A stretch of 64,000 nt of DNA, from assembly GCA_038323665.1 (NCBI GenBank), contig JBBQHD010000003.1, positions 6,575 to 70,574 of the forward strand, given 5' to 3'. Position 1 is the stretch's first letter. Every line of letters starts with the position of its first letter. Positions 9,197 through 19,164 of the stretch are shown here, piece by piece. The DNA is from Bdellovibrionales bacterium (GTDB lineage Bacteria > Bdellovibrionota > Bdellovibrionia > Bdellovibrionales > Bdellovibrionaceae). The notes below the pieces were generated by a model. That model worked only from the letters and a program-made list of their open reading frames with translations. It was not told the DNA's origin and did not search any database. A program made the position numbers and the translations under genes.

Positions 9197-9459
9197 CAAT
9201 TTTAATCAAGCGCTTTGGGGAAATTCTAACATCAAGGCCCGAGGGTCGCGAAGCGGCACTGCTGCTTATGGCCAATGAATTGAGGACTCCGGTTAAGAAA
9301 ATCCAATTGGATTTTGATCGTGTTGCAGTTCTTACACCTTCTTGGCTGGGAGAATTTATAAACACTTTAAATGTTTCGCAGGATATCCAATTCGAATATC
9401 TTCATATTGAAAATGCCAGTGTCAAAGCATCGATCGAAACAATTTCTGCAACCTATTGA
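9193..9459 (+). CDS. STAS-like (DUF4325-type) small protein
   Basis: The ATG overlaps the upstream stop (ATGA). Sequence ...SRPEGREAALLL...IQLDFDRVAVLTPSWLGEFI resembles the DUF4325/STAS fold family that commonly pairs with GHKL ATPases. Confidence 0.55.
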   Translation: MTILIKRFGEILTSRPEGREAALLLMANELRTPVKKIQLDFDRVAVLTPSWLGEFINTLNVSQDIQFEYLHIENASVKASIETISATY

Positions 9460-9485
9460 AATTTTAAATATTGCAAACGGTGCCG

Positions 9486-9519
9486 TTTATTTAAATTACT
9501 TCCGCGTCGGAAGTGATCG
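9486..9519. repeat. 34-bp direct repeat, right copy
   Basis: Identical to 8316-8349. Confidence 0.9.
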
Positions 9520-9661
9520 TGTTTTATTCGATTTGATAGTTGAAGTGAATTCCGAGCGCAAACAGACAGGCGAAAATAAACTTTTCACCTGTCAGAAATG
9601 ACGATTTATTAGATTTAAACTTAATTAGTTTAAATCTAAATAAGCATATTATAATTAAAAA

Positions 9662-10141
9662 TTAGTTCGCAGTTTCATAAGCGCAAGAAGCTTCAGAGCG
9701 TGTTCCTTGAGCTAAGTATGCAGTCACTTTTGCAACAGCCACTCCGTTTTCAGAAATTCTTTGCGCAGTTAAATAAAGCCCTTTCACCGAAATTTCTTGA
9801 ACAATAATAAGATGCCCATTGATAGGATTATCTGTGGTGGTAATGGTCAATTCATATTGCTGTTTTTTAACTATATGAGCTGGCTGCCCAAAAGGAAGTG
9901 TGCCAGAGGGTGAGGTAATATTTAACTTTGACCCCAAAATTTCAACCAAGGACACGACCTGACAAGGTGCTGCGCCAATCACCGAAGTTCCCATCGGAGA
10001 CTTCCCGTTTACAAGTCCCAAAACCGAAGTCAAATAAGTTTCCAGTTCAGATCCATAGATATATTTTTTAACGGTATCCCCGCGAGCAAAAGCCAAAGAA
10101 CTAGAAACCATCATCGCCGCAATTAAAATTAATTTTTTCAT
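9662..10141 (-). CDS. hypothetical secreted protein (159 aa)
   Basis: Signal peptide MKKLILIAAMMVSSSLAFA. No family recognised. Confidence 0.5.
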   Translation of the reverse strand: MKKLILIAAMMVSSSLAFARGDTVKKYIYGSELETYLTSVLGLVNGKSPMGTSVIGAAPCQVVSLVEILGSKLNITSPSGTLPFGQPAHIVKKQQYELTITTTDNPINGHLIIVQEISVKGLYLTAQRISENGVAVAKVTAYLAQGTRSEASCAYETAN

Positions 10142-10474
10142 AAATTCTCCTTTATAAGGGCCTACCTATTTTCCAATGTAGTTTTTGTCAAAGACAAACT
10201 TCATTCTTGCTTTAATGCTGTTTATTTATTTTTTCCTGATTTATAAAACGCAAAAAATATCTGTGCCCATTCCTCAATTGAATCTGTGGACCTGCCCACC
10301 CAACGGATCAATTTCGAAACGCGTTTCTTTGAAAAATTTAGCTCGATTGTGAAATTATTTCCAATTAAATCGATTCTACAAATAATTCCTTCAACCCAAT
10401 GCATTTTAGTGGCTTTCTTGTTGGCTCGAATTTGGCAGAGGCTTCTGCCAAAGAATATAACCAAGGGAATAAAG

Positions 10475-10981
10475 ATGAATCATTTAAAAAAAATTGCTGT
10501 CGCCAGTGTAGCCATACTTGGAAGCTTAATTGTTTCTGCAACGTCATTTGCGGATGCACAACTATGCAATGCTTTGTTCGGATTGAATATCAGTGAAACA
10601 ACAATCGCAGGATATATTACTGCAAACAATGTCATTGGCGTAAAGACGGCCTTGTCTGAAGCTCTTAAAAGTAAAGTAAGTGTCCGAGCTCCTGAAGAAT
10701 TACTTCCATTAGCTAATATTCCCTTTGATGTTTTTCAATCTGCTGATGCTGAAATTAAAGCGCTAATGGTGCTTTACGGTGCCTATTTGAAAATTCCACC
10801 CCATCAGCAACGAATGGTGGTTTGGTTTATCAATGATTTTGAAATGCACCCCGATGAGTTGCCAACCCCCGATTCATATTATGATTATAACTATGATTAT
10901 ACCGATGTGCCGTTACAGTGGTTTGTTCTTGCCCATGCTCTTGCCAAACAAAATTTAGATAAGAAAACTTTAAAACCATAA
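10475..10981 (+). CDS. hypothetical secreted protein (168 aa)
   Basis: The internal ATG at 10475 gives signal peptide MNHLKKIAVASVAILGSLIVSATSFA. The upstream part of the track ORF has no coding character. Confidence 0.5.
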   Translation: MNHLKKIAVASVAILGSLIVSATSFADAQLCNALFGLNISETTIAGYITANNVIGVKTALSEALKSKVSVRAPEELLPLANIPFDVFQSADAEIKALMVLYGAYLKIPPHQQRMVVWFINDFEMHPDELPTPDSYYDYNYDYTDVPLQWFVLAHALAKQNLDKKTLKP

Positions 10982-10990
10982 AATATCTGC

Positions 10991-11011
10991 GTTCGCCGGA
11001 TGAAGGCGAAC
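10991..11011. terminator. possible bidirectional terminator hairpin between convergent genes
   Basis: gttcgcc-ggatgaa-ggcgaac (7-bp stem) lies between the stops of 10475..10981 (+) and ssb (-). The flanking T/A tracts are weak. Confidence 0.35.
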
Positions 11012-11023
11012 ACAGATTCAGCT

Positions 11024-11458
11024 CTAGAAAGGTAATTCTTCGGCAGCATCAAACTGCGGCTCGGGGCCGAAATCTTGAAACGCGCTCGAAGTATTATCTT
11101 GTTGTTGAGTCGGGCGATTTTCATTGTTCGATCCCAAAAACTCGACGCTGGTTGCGATGATTTCGGTTGAATATTTTTTCTGACCGCTGGTTGCATCATC
11201 CCAGCTGCGGGTTTGCAAACGTCCTTCGATATAAACCTGACGTCCTTTGGCCAAATATTTTCCGCAAATTTCTGCCAGTTTGCCCCAGGCGACGACTCTG
11301 TGCCATTCGGTGCGTTCTTGTTTCTGCCCATTCTTGTCGGTCCAATTTTCACTGGTGGCAAGACTTAGACGGGTCACTGTCGAGTTAGGTCCTACGGTTT
11401 TCATTTCTGGATCCGCACCTAAACGACCCACGATTATTACTTTGTTGATTCCGGCCAT
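11024..11458 (-). CDS. ssb: single-stranded DNA-binding protein
   Basis: [20 protein letters not shown]... OB fold, a Gly/Gln-rich linker and an acidic tail ending EELPF. Start placed at the ATG at 11458. Confidence 0.9.
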   Translation of the reverse strand: MAGINKVIIVGRLGADPEMKTVGPNSTVTRLSLATSENWTDKNGQKQERTEWHRVVAWGKLAEICGKYLAKGRQVYIEGRLQTRSWDDATSGQKKYSTEIIATSVEFLGSNNENRPTQQQDNTSSAFQDFGPEPQFDAAEELPF

Positions 11459-11602
11459 ATTTTTCCTCCATCGTTTAAATTCCGCCAATCATTTCACTTT
11501 CCGTTCACCGAATGCAAGTCTTTGAGCAGACCGACGTAAGATCTGTTGGGATTTCAGAAAAAAAATGGACGAGATTTGAAACTTCGGATCGGACTATTCA
11601 GA

Positions 11603-12577
11603 TTATCGGATGGGGCTAATCGTTGGGGGCGCGTCAAAACTTGTTCCAGCTACGCGAAAGCGGTAACGAGCGCCTGTTCCCGTCGGCGACTTAACATTGT
11701 CGATAAAACTTAGGAACAATCCCGCACGATCGATGAAAGATTTTTGAGCATTTAAATCTATATCAAAACTGTAAGTTCCCAGTTGCGGAAATATTCCTTG
11801 CGCCGATTTAATCAGATTCAAAACAATTTGACCCTTGATGGTCGCGCTGACTTCTTCGGCACCGCGGCCCAGACGAATTTCTTCGATCAACAATCGGCCA
11901 GCTGATAAGCGTCCTTTGATATCGGCTGAAGAAAATTTAAGTTCGGGCAACTGCAAAGGGCCTAACATCGTTTGCACTAAGGAAGACGCAATGGCCAGAT
12001 TTTGGATTTCAAATCTTAAATCCCCTTCGGGTTGTTCTTTAAAATCAATATCGACCTGGGCCGTTAGACTTGCTTTCAGATTTCCTGACGGACTAATGGG
12101 CAAAGAAAAAATGTTTTTCAATTGTCCCAGCTCGACGTTGGAAATTTCGGCAGCGATTCTTTGGCGTTCAATTCCTGTTTCGGTATTGGAACCCGAACTA
12201 AGGCTGACTTCGACATCGCCCTTTAAAAAACCCTGAGCAGTGGCTTTGCCGAAGGGCTTCTGGCTCCACAGCGAAGACAGGGCGGGGGCAATCGTCAGGG
12301 TTGCCATTCGCAAGGGCCGCATTCCTGTGGTTTCAACAGCGACATTGTCGAAGGAAATCCCCAGGGGACTGAGGCCGAATTTCACATGTTCAAACTGCAA
12401 ATTCGTAGCGCCGCCACTGGCTTGGGATATTTTTTGCTGGATCAAATCATTCAGATCATCCAGTGGGAAAAATAAAATGTAAAAAACGCCAGCTAATAAA
12501 ATGCTTAAAAAAATTCTTTTTTTATTTTGTAATAAAAAATTTAAAATTATTTTTAGAACGTCTTGCAGCTTACTCAT
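11603..12577 (-). CDS. gspN: type II secretion system protein GspN (assigned by position)
   Basis: Last gene of the gsp operon. Single N-terminal TM segment and size consistent with GspN. Confidence 0.55.
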   Translation of the reverse strand: MSKLQDVLKIILNFLLQNKKRIFLSILLAGVFYILFFPLDDLNDLIQQKISQASGGATNLQFEHVKFGLSPLGISFDNVAVETTGMRPLRMATLTIAPALSSLWSQKPFGKATAQGFLKGDVEVSLSSGSNTETGIERQRIAAEISNVELGQLKNIFSLPISPSGNLKASLTAQVDIDFKEQPEGDLRFEIQNLAIASSLVQTMLGPLQLPELKFSSADIKGRLSAGRLLIEEIRLGRGAEEVSATIKGQIVLNLIKSAQGIFPQLGTYSFDIDLNAQKSFIDRAGLFLSFIDNVKSPTGTGARYRFRVAGTSFDAPPTISPIR

Positions 12578-13250
12578 CGGTTGCTTTCACTTTGCTTTTC
12601 TTGGGGGCCTTTTCTTCCGGTTGGGCAATAGGGGCGGTAAATTGGGGAACTTGAATGACAATCAAACCGTAAGTTGCGTCCAGATATTTGGGTTCTTCGC
12701 GATTGGCTTTCCAATTCATGCTCATCAGTTTTACGGCTGGGTGCACTTGCGACATTTGCAAGGCGAAATCAGAAGCTTGACGCAAATTTAATTTGGATAA
12801 AACCACGGTCAATGCGGTTGCAACCCGTGGTCCAGGAATCAATCCGCTGGGGGCTGCCCCGACATCCACACGAATTAGTTGTTCGGGGATGGCGTTGATC
12901 TGCTGAATTTTTCCGTCAATGATACCGCGCAAATCCTGTTCCGACAGCGCGGGTGGGGTTTGCGGAATATCTGCAATGTCACGTTGCACTTGAATCAGGT
13001 CTCGAATCAAAAATCTTTTGTCACGAAAACCCGCCATAAAATTTTGCGATGAATCCACCCAAGCATAGGGAATTAAAAACAACATCAGAATAAAAATAAT
13101 GCTGCCGGTGTAAACAATCATTTTTTGTTGGCCCAAGGGCAAAACAGAAAAACGATCACGCAGTAAAATATAGCGATCATTTTCTTGGATTTTTTCCAAC
13201 AACATCTGCAACTGAGAAATAATTTGATCTTTTATTTCATCAAACATCAC
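12570..13250 (-). CDS. gspM: type II secretion system protein GspM (assigned by position)
   Basis: Bitopic protein between gspL and gspN. Start and stop overlap the neighbouring genes. Confidence 0.55.
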   Translation of the reverse strand: MMFDEIKDQIISQLQMLLEKIQENDRYILLRDRFSVLPLGQQKMIVYTGSIIFILMLFLIPYAWVDSSQNFMAGFRDKRFLIRDLIQVQRDIADIPQTPPALSEQDLRGIIDGKIQQINAIPEQLIRVDVGAAPSGLIPGPRVATALTVVLSKLNLRQASDFALQMSQVHPAVKLMSMNWKANREEPKYLDATYGLIVIQVPQFTAPIAQPEEKAPKKSKVKATDE

Positions 13251-14950
13251 TCGTTTCCTTTGTTATTGTTTGTGCGCTCAAAAACATAACTGACGCGAAA
13301 TGAAGTTCGAGGGCCAACTTTGGTCGAGGCTGTTTTTCCAACCTGGATCTGCAATGCTTTGGGGTTCTTAACAAATTTCATCGCATTTTTTAAAACTTGG
13401 CTTAGATCCTTGTCTTGGTAAGTGGAAAATCCTTCGATCTGAACTTTGCGATCTTGAATATTGTAAAGCGTAATTTGCACAGGGAAATTTTGTCGATCGG
13501 GGACACTGACACTAAGCTGACTGACCGATTCCAAAGCCGAATTGATTTCCAATAAACTTTGCACTGATTTAAGTTCCAGAATTTTTTTACGGTTTTCCTG
13601 AATGAATTTTTTGACGGCAGATTCGCTGGCACTTTTTCCCGGAACTTGCGCCACTTTTGCTTGGGCCTTCAATGCTTCTTTGGCGGTGTCTTCCAGTTGC
13701 TGCGAAAAATCCGACCGCAAATAAGCCCACACAAACATAATCGCCCAAAATCCTGCAAGGGCTTGCAGGTAGATTTTGTTGTCTGCATAAAGATCATGCC
13801 AGAACGAAGATTGAACCGCGTATTCATTTTTTAAAAAATTAATCGGAGGATTTTGTGTGGATCTTAGCCCATCAATAGCCAGTCCAATGGCAACGGCCAA
13901 TCGACTTTGGGTGATTTCATTTTTTTCAAATCCCACATTGTTAAAAAGTTCTAAAGCTTCCACGCGGTTCACGGGAACTTCTAAATGCTGAGTTAAAAAC
14001 GGCCCCAGGCCTTTTAAACGCGACAGACCGCCCGACATTTGCACTTGTTCAATTTCAGCTTGGTGTTCGGATTTAATTTCTAAAATCGACAGTTGCAAAT
14101 CACGCACAAAATCGCGCACGGTTCTGGCGATTAGATCAGAAAACATTTTGGCTTCGAAGCTGAGGTTTTGCTGTTGGGAATTTAAGATAAAACCTTTTTG
14201 TTCAAATTCCCGGCGGGCTTCTAGAATTGGAATATTATATTTTTTAGCAATGGCTTGAATGATATTGTGTCCGCCCCACATCAAAGTGCGCACAGAAACT
14301 AAACTGGAATCACGAAATCCACATACCAAAGTTTTCTTACTGCCCATTTGTAAAACAATGCGCAAACTTTCCGAAGGACCTATATCAATATTGGTGACAC
14401 TGCCGTCTTGTGAAGTTGTGATCGGTCGTTCTGGAATTTCGGGGACGGGCAAATACCAACCTTCGAAAATATTGGCAAAAGCCGTGGATTCGCAAGACAA
14501 ACAAAAGGGCGCAATGCCGCCGTCTTTCAGCAGCGCTAATTTTTTTTCTATATGCTGTTTGGGGGTCGCAGCAGCAAGGACTTCGGTTGATTTTCCGATT
14601 CTTCGGATTAATTTTGCATCAAAGACGCTGTTTTCGGTGACGAAAGGCAATTCATCTTCTAATTCAAAAGCCAAAGTTTTTAAAATTTTATATCGATCGG
14701 TAAACGGAAAAATTTTATTACGCAAGGCAACTTGTTCTTGAGCAAGGGCGACGCAAATGCGAGCAGAATCCCAATCGCCTTTGGATTTTAATTCGCGCAA
14801 ATTTTCGATGATTTCCAAATCACGGTCGGTTCCGGTGCTGTCGCCGAGATTGCGAATTTCAAATCGCTCTAGTTTAATATTTTTTTTGGAAGAAGACACT
14901 TCCACTAAACGAATTTGGCTGTGACCAATATCAATGCCGATAGATCTCAA
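13247..14950 (-). CDS. gspL: type II secretion system protein GspL (PilM-like actin-fold N-domain plus TM plus periplasmic domain)
   Basis: N terminus MRSIGIDIGHSQIRLVEV is typical of PilM/GspL. There is a central TM segment. Position follows gspK. Confidence 0.7.
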   Translation of the reverse strand: MRSIGIDIGHSQIRLVEVSSSKKNIKLERFEIRNLGDSTGTDRDLEIIENLRELKSKGDWDSARICVALAQEQVALRNKIFPFTDRYKILKTLAFELEDELPFVTENSVFDAKLIRRIGKSTEVLAAATPKQHIEKKLALLKDGGIAPFCLSCESTAFANIFEGWYLPVPEIPERPITTSQDGSVTNIDIGPSESLRIVLQMGSKKTLVCGFRDSSLVSVRTLMWGGHNIIQAIAKKYNIPILEARREFEQKGFILNSQQQNLSFEAKMFSDLIARTVRDFVRDLQLSILEIKSEHQAEIEQVQMSGGLSRLKGLGPFLTQHLEVPVNRVEALELFNNVGFEKNEITQSRLAVAIGLAIDGLRSTQNPPINFLKNEYAVQSSFWHDLYADNKIYLQALAGFWAIMFVWAYLRSDFSQQLEDTAKEALKAQAKVAQVPGKSASESAVKKFIQENRKKILELKSVQSLLEINSALESVSQLSVSVPDRQNFPVQITLYNIQDRKVQIEGFSTYQDKDLSQVLKNAMKFVKNPKALQIQVGKTASTKVGPRTSFRVSYVFERTNNNKGNE

Positions 14951-14974
14951 TGTTGCCCCAATGAAAAAGGTCGA

Positions 14975-16237
14975 TTATCTCTCAGACCAATATACTATTC
15001 GCGGTGGTCCCTTGGGAAGCTGGGCCGGTGTTGTGGCCGGTGTCTGCGGGGCTTTGGTCGGGTCATTCGGGTTTGGTGGAGTCGCAGGAGGCTGTCCAGC
15101 GGGGGGTTGTTTCGCTGCTGTTATGATGTCGGACACAATTCCTGCAGTGCTGTCCAAATCCACAACGATCACGCTGATTTCTCGCAACGCTCCGCCGGAT
15201 TCTCCGGTGGATTTTACTGTGAAGGTAATCGGAGCTTTAAAATAAAGCTTTGTCAGTTTTGGATCGTTTTTTAACTGCGCGCCTTTTTGCTGAACAAAAC
15301 CCCAGAAATCAGCATCGTCTTTGAAGGGGCCGCCTTCGTTGGTGTCGGCTCGACGTTTGGTGATCGCTTTGGCAATCTCGTCAGTAATTCCGGGATCCAA
15401 AGATTTCAAGACAGCGGGTTCTGCTAAGTTGGGATTGACCCCGCGTTGCCCATGTATAGTAACAAAAGTTTTCAACAGCTCGAAAATTTCATCATTCATT
15501 CCGCGCACCAATTTCATTTCCCCCATCGTGCGGAACATTCGATTGGGTGGATAATATTCTTGGTTTTTATTTAATTCTTCGTAACCTTGGCGTTTGTCGC
15601 CGCCGCCAACAGAAGCTTGATTGGGGCTGATCCAATCGGTGATGGCGTTGACCAAATCTTCGAAACGAAAAGTTTGGTATTTTTTTTTGAATTCTTCATC
15701 GCCGTCAACTTTACTTTCAAAAAATTGTAAAATTCTTTTTCTTGCGGATTCTTGCGATGCTTTTACCGGCGAAATTAAATCGGCTAAGTCTAATTTAGAG
15801 CCTTCTTCCTGAATTTGCAGGGAATAACTGCCTTGCATCAAAGATTCCTGGGTGAATTTTTTTATCGCGTCTTTGTCGATACCAGAAATATCTGGCAAAT
15901 CGGGAATGGGCCAGACAAAGGGAAATTTCCAAATCATATCCAAATCGATGCCGGTTCCTTTTAATTGTGCTCCGAAACGATTTTGCGCAGATTGGAAAAT
16001 TTTAATTCTTAATAAACCAATTTCTAGTCCAGCACGGGCTGCATAATAAGCCCTTAATCGGTTTAATCCTTGCGAATGCACGGTGTATTCAACCGTCGAA
16101 TCATACATAACTTCGGTCGCCAAATATAAAATAATCGTCAAGGCAGAAACGGCGACCAGTAAGGCAACGCCTTTTTGTTTAGGCCGTCTTTTAAAAAACT
16201 TTGATTTAAACTTTTCTTGTTTAATTTCCACTGGCAT
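14975..16237 (-). CDS. gspK: type II secretion minor pseudopilin GspK
   Basis: KQKGVALLVAVSALTIILYLA N terminus with no Glu at +5, as in GspK. Start set at the ATG at 16237, which is preceded by AAGGCGG. The track ORF extends to 16264. Confidence 0.75.
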   Translation of the reverse strand: MPVEIKQEKFKSKFFKRRPKQKGVALLVAVSALTIILYLATEVMYDSTVEYTVHSQGLNRLRAYYAARAGLEIGLLRIKIFQSAQNRFGAQLKGTGIDLDMIWKFPFVWPIPDLPDISGIDKDAIKKFTQESLMQGSYSLQIQEEGSKLDLADLISPVKASQESARKRILQFFESKVDGDEEFKKKYQTFRFEDLVNAITDWISPNQASVGGGDKRQGYEELNKNQEYYPPNRMFRTMGEMKLVRGMNDEIFELLKTFVTIHGQRGVNPNLAEPAVLKSLDPGITDEIAKAITKRRADTNEGGPFKDDADFWGFVQQKGAQLKNDPKLTKLYFKAPITFTVKSTGESGGALREISVIVVDLDSTAGIVSDIITAAKQPPAGQPPATPPNPNDPTKAPQTPATTPAQLPKGPPRIVYWSER

Positions 16238-17024
16238 CCGCCTTGTTGTTGGGGAAATGAACATTGGCGACGATCTGGGTCGAATATTTTTTGGCTTGAT
16301 CGCCGCTGCCTTTTTCCACTTTCAAAGAAATTCTCACTGCCAGGGGGAAATTATCTTTGGTGGCTCCGTCGCCGCCGGAATCGCTGCGCCATTCGCCGAC
16401 CCAATCGGTTTTTCCTTTGCCGATGTATTGCAATTCGAATTCGGTAACATTTTCTAACATCACAACTGCTTCTCCGCCGCGAGTGACATCCAAATCAACG
16501 CTGGTGGACGAACGTCGCCACAAGCATTTGGATTTTTGTTTGCTGTCTTGGCTGCTGCATTCTTTCCATTCATATCCAACTTCAATAAAATCAGCTTGGC
16601 GGGCACCGCTGATCCATTGGGAATTATTGGTGGTTACAAAAGACATCTTATCATTTCCACCAATAAATTGCGTGACCGGATCGCGACGCGGGGCTTGTGG
16701 CTGAGTGGGTGGTGGCGGTTGCTGTTGAGGCGGCGGTTGGGCGCCACCGAAACCTGGTTGCGGCTGCTGTTGATTGGGATTTTGTTTTTTCTTAATCAGT
16801 TCGTTCAATTCCACTTCTAAATCGCGATAGTGAAAAGCCAAATTAACATCTCGTTCGATCAGTTTTAAACTGTCGCGAATTTGCGAAATATCATCGATCT
16901 GCACTTGCAATTTTTCTTTGGTTTTTACACCTTGCTGAATACTTTTAGCAGCCAGCAGCGACAAGGCCGACAAAATAGTCAGCGAGATCATGACTTCGAT
17001 TAAAGTAAATCCTTTGTTTTTCAT
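16221..17024 (-). CDS. gspJ: type II secretion minor pseudopilin GspJ
   Basis: Prepilin-type N terminus MKNKGFTLIEVMISLTILS. Position fits gspJ. Confidence 0.8.
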   Translation of the reverse strand: MKNKGFTLIEVMISLTILSALSLLAAKSIQQGVKTKEKLQVQIDDISQIRDSLKLIERDVNLAFHYRDLEVELNELIKKKQNPNQQQPQPGFGGAQPPPQQQPPPPTQPQAPRRDPVTQFIGGNDKMSFVTTNNSQWISGARQADFIEVGYEWKECSSQDSKQKSKCLWRRSSTSVDLDVTRGGEAVVMLENVTEFELQYIGKGKTDWVGEWRSDSGGDGATKDNFPLAVRISLKVEKGSGDQAKKYSTQIVANVHFPNNKADASGN

Positions 17025-17545
17025 GGGCCGATCCCTGGCACTGCAATTTCGCGGTTATAATCGACCATATACAAAGTCACTGAATATTCTAATTCTTTGT
17101 TTTGTTCCGGGGCTTTGTAAAACACACTGACTTTCATTTCTTTGACGGTGCGACGAATGTGCTCGGTCAGCGCGGTAAACACTGCGGTGACTATGGGATT
17201 GACGGCTTCACCATCTTTGGATTTTTGCATGGCGGCCAGGTTGGGAAGTTCCAGCAATCGCGATTTCATTTTCCATCGGTATTGTTTGTATTTGTCACCG
17301 AAATCGTCGACTTCTTCTTCGGGGATGGCTTCGATGGGTTTGCCTTTGTATTTCATATCCAGTTCGGCCACTTTTCGTTCCAGTAAGGATTCCACTTCGA
17401 ATGCCAACTGAGTTTTTCGCACCCGCATATGACTGCTGCCCCAAGATTTGGTCAGCAAAATAATTCCGCTGGACAAAATAATCAGCGCCAGCAAAGTTTC
17501 CAGTAAAGTAAACCCTTTTTTGTTTATTCTTACTTCGATTTTCAC
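17021..17545 (-). CDS. gspI: type II secretion minor pseudopilin GspI
   Basis: KKGFTLLETLLALIILSSG prepilin motif. The GTG start at 17545 overlaps the gspH stop (GTGA). The track ORF start at 17623 lies inside gspH. Confidence 0.7.
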   Translation of the reverse strand: MKIEVRINKKGFTLLETLLALIILSSGIILLTKSWGSSHMRVRKTQLAFEVESLLERKVAELDMKYKGKPIEAIPEEEVDDFGDKYKQYRWKMKSRLLELPNLAAMQKSKDGEAVNPIVTAVFTALTEHIRRTVKEMKVSVFYKAPEQNKELEYSVTLYMVDYNREIAVPGIGP

Positions 17546-18138
17546 TGCGCCACGTCCTTTAAACTGCGCGCTTCTTCCACCAAGACAATATAGCCTGTGA
17601 CAGGATTGAAAATAAAAGTCCAAACTTTTGGCGGCGAAGATTTATCGGCAATTTGTAAGGCCGAGGCTTCGACAAATCCTTCCGGAGAAAAATAAATATA
17701 ACCCAAATTTTCTTTGATCGGGGCTTCGCGGTGGATGCTTTCCAGTTGCAAGAAACGTAAATTGGCGGGCAACATTTTTTTCTTTTTATTTAGCAAGGTA
17801 TCTAGTTCAAAAGGGGATTTTTTTTCTTTGTCTTCGTCTTTTATATTATTCGGGTCGATGGTGGGATCGACTTTGGTAATTCCGGAAGCTTTTTCGACCC
17901 AATAAGCGCCTTTTTCTGGATCAAAATCGATCACCAGTCGCATCACCGAATTGGTCATGCGCGCTCGGTGACGAATTTCCCGGCCCAACACAAGCAAATG
18001 GCGGGCAATGGGTTTTAGTTTGGTTTCAGATTTAAAAAGCCTGGGCGCCGCAACCGCAATCATGGCGCCAATGATTGCCAACACAACCATAATTTCAACA
18101 AGAGTAAATCCGGCTTTGGATCTTGCAGCGTTCAGCAT
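17542..18138 (-). CDS. gspH: type II secretion minor pseudopilin GspH
   Basis: SKAGFTLVEIMVVLAIIGAM prepilin motif. Size and position fit GspH. Confidence 0.75.
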   Translation of the reverse strand: MLNAARSKAGFTLVEIMVVLAIIGAMIAVAAPRLFKSETKLKPIARHLLVLGREIRHRARMTNSVMRLVIDFDPEKGAYWVEKASGITKVDPTIDPNNIKDEDKEKKSPFELDTLLNKKKKMLPANLRFLQLESIHREAPIKENLGYIYFSPEGFVEASALQIADKSSPPKVWTFIFNPVTGYIVLVEEARSLKDVAQ

Positions 18139-18249
18139 GGTTTAAGTATGACAAAGAAAAATGGCCGGTGCACGAGCTTTGATGGGTTTATGTGGGGATG
18201 GCGTTTCGGGGAATTTAAAGCTAAATTTTTGGGATGAAATGAGGCGCTA

Positions 18250-19164
18250 ATGAGAGATTTCTTTTTTGTGAGCTTAATGTTTTGTTCGGTTCAAGTTCGA
18301 GCAGAAGATCCTAGATCCTGTCAGATTAATGCGCCGAACTGCCTTGTCCCGGAAAAACCGACGGACCGCATTCGATCTTTAGCGATTCAGTTTTCCATGG
18401 GAAAGATCTTGCCCGTGGCGGTGCAGGAACATTTAACAGAGAAAAAGATAATTTTTGTCGGAGAAATGCATGGGTCGCAGGAAATTCCACAATTTTTTGC
18501 ACAACTGGCAGAGTCTTTGTCGAGCAAGAAAAATAGAATATTGGTTGTCTTGGAAATTCCCAATTCATCGCAAAAGAATATCGATGCATTTTTAAAAACA
18601 GGGAACAAAGATTTATTGCGCAAAGATTTATTTTTTTCCCGAGGTAAAAATTCAGACGGTCGCAGCAGTCAAGCAATGGTCCGCTTGCTGCAAAAACTAT
18701 CCAAAATTAAAAATGTGGAAGTCTTTTGTATGGATGAGGATATGGGATATTCGGGAAATGGCCAAGATAGAGATACTTTCATGGCAAAAAGTATTTATAA
18801 AAAAATGCGAGGCTTTGACCAAACATTGGTATTGTCTGGAAACATTCACAGTCGGTTAGAAATGGGATATCCAGGTAATGAAAGTTATCGTCCCATGGCC
18901 TATGAACTAAAAAATCTGGCATCGGAATTAAAGGCAGATCAGATTTTCAATATTTTCATGCGTTTTAAAAATCTTAATATCTGGGCTGCAATGAACAATC
19001 GGGCCGGAGTGCACAGATTTTCCGTTAGCACCGAATATTCTCAAGCAGTGCCATGGGAAAGTTATTTTTTAGTCGAGGAAGGTTTTTCGGATAAAACTTT
19101 GCACGATGGACATAAGGGCACAGTATTTATTCGCACAACCAAGCCGTCGTTTCCATTTAAGTGA
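18250..19164 (+). CDS. secreted protein, possibly ChaN/Tiki-superfamily (GEMHG motif)
   Basis: Signal peptide, then KKIIFVGEMHGSQEIPQFF, which resembles the GExH motif of ChaN/erythromycin-esterase-like proteins. The family call is tentative. Confidence 0.35.
   Translation: MRDFFFVSLMFCSVQVRAEDPRSCQINAPNCLVPEKPTDRIRSLAIQFSMGKILPVAVQEHLTEKKIIFVGEMHGSQEIPQFFAQLAESLSSKKNRILVVLEIPNSSQKNIDAFLKTGNKDLLRKDLFFSRGKNSDGRSSQAMVRLLQKLSKIKNVEVFCMDEDMGYSGNGQDRDTFMAKSIYKKMRGFDQTLVLSGNIHSRLEMGYPGNESYRPMAYELKNLASELKADQIFNIFMRFKNLNIWAAMNNRAGVHRFSVSTEYSQAVPWESYFLVEEGFSDKTLHDGHKGTVFIRTTKPSFPFK

Noticed and set aside
14259-16457. Long antisense ORFs inside gsp genes and elsewhere (for example 14259..14741, 14915..15274, 16083..16457, 21352..21780, 25917..26270, 11835..12236)
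   Set aside because: They lie fully within, and opposite to, well-supported genes with clear family motifs. Their compositions are typical of shadow ORFs, and none has an independent motif.
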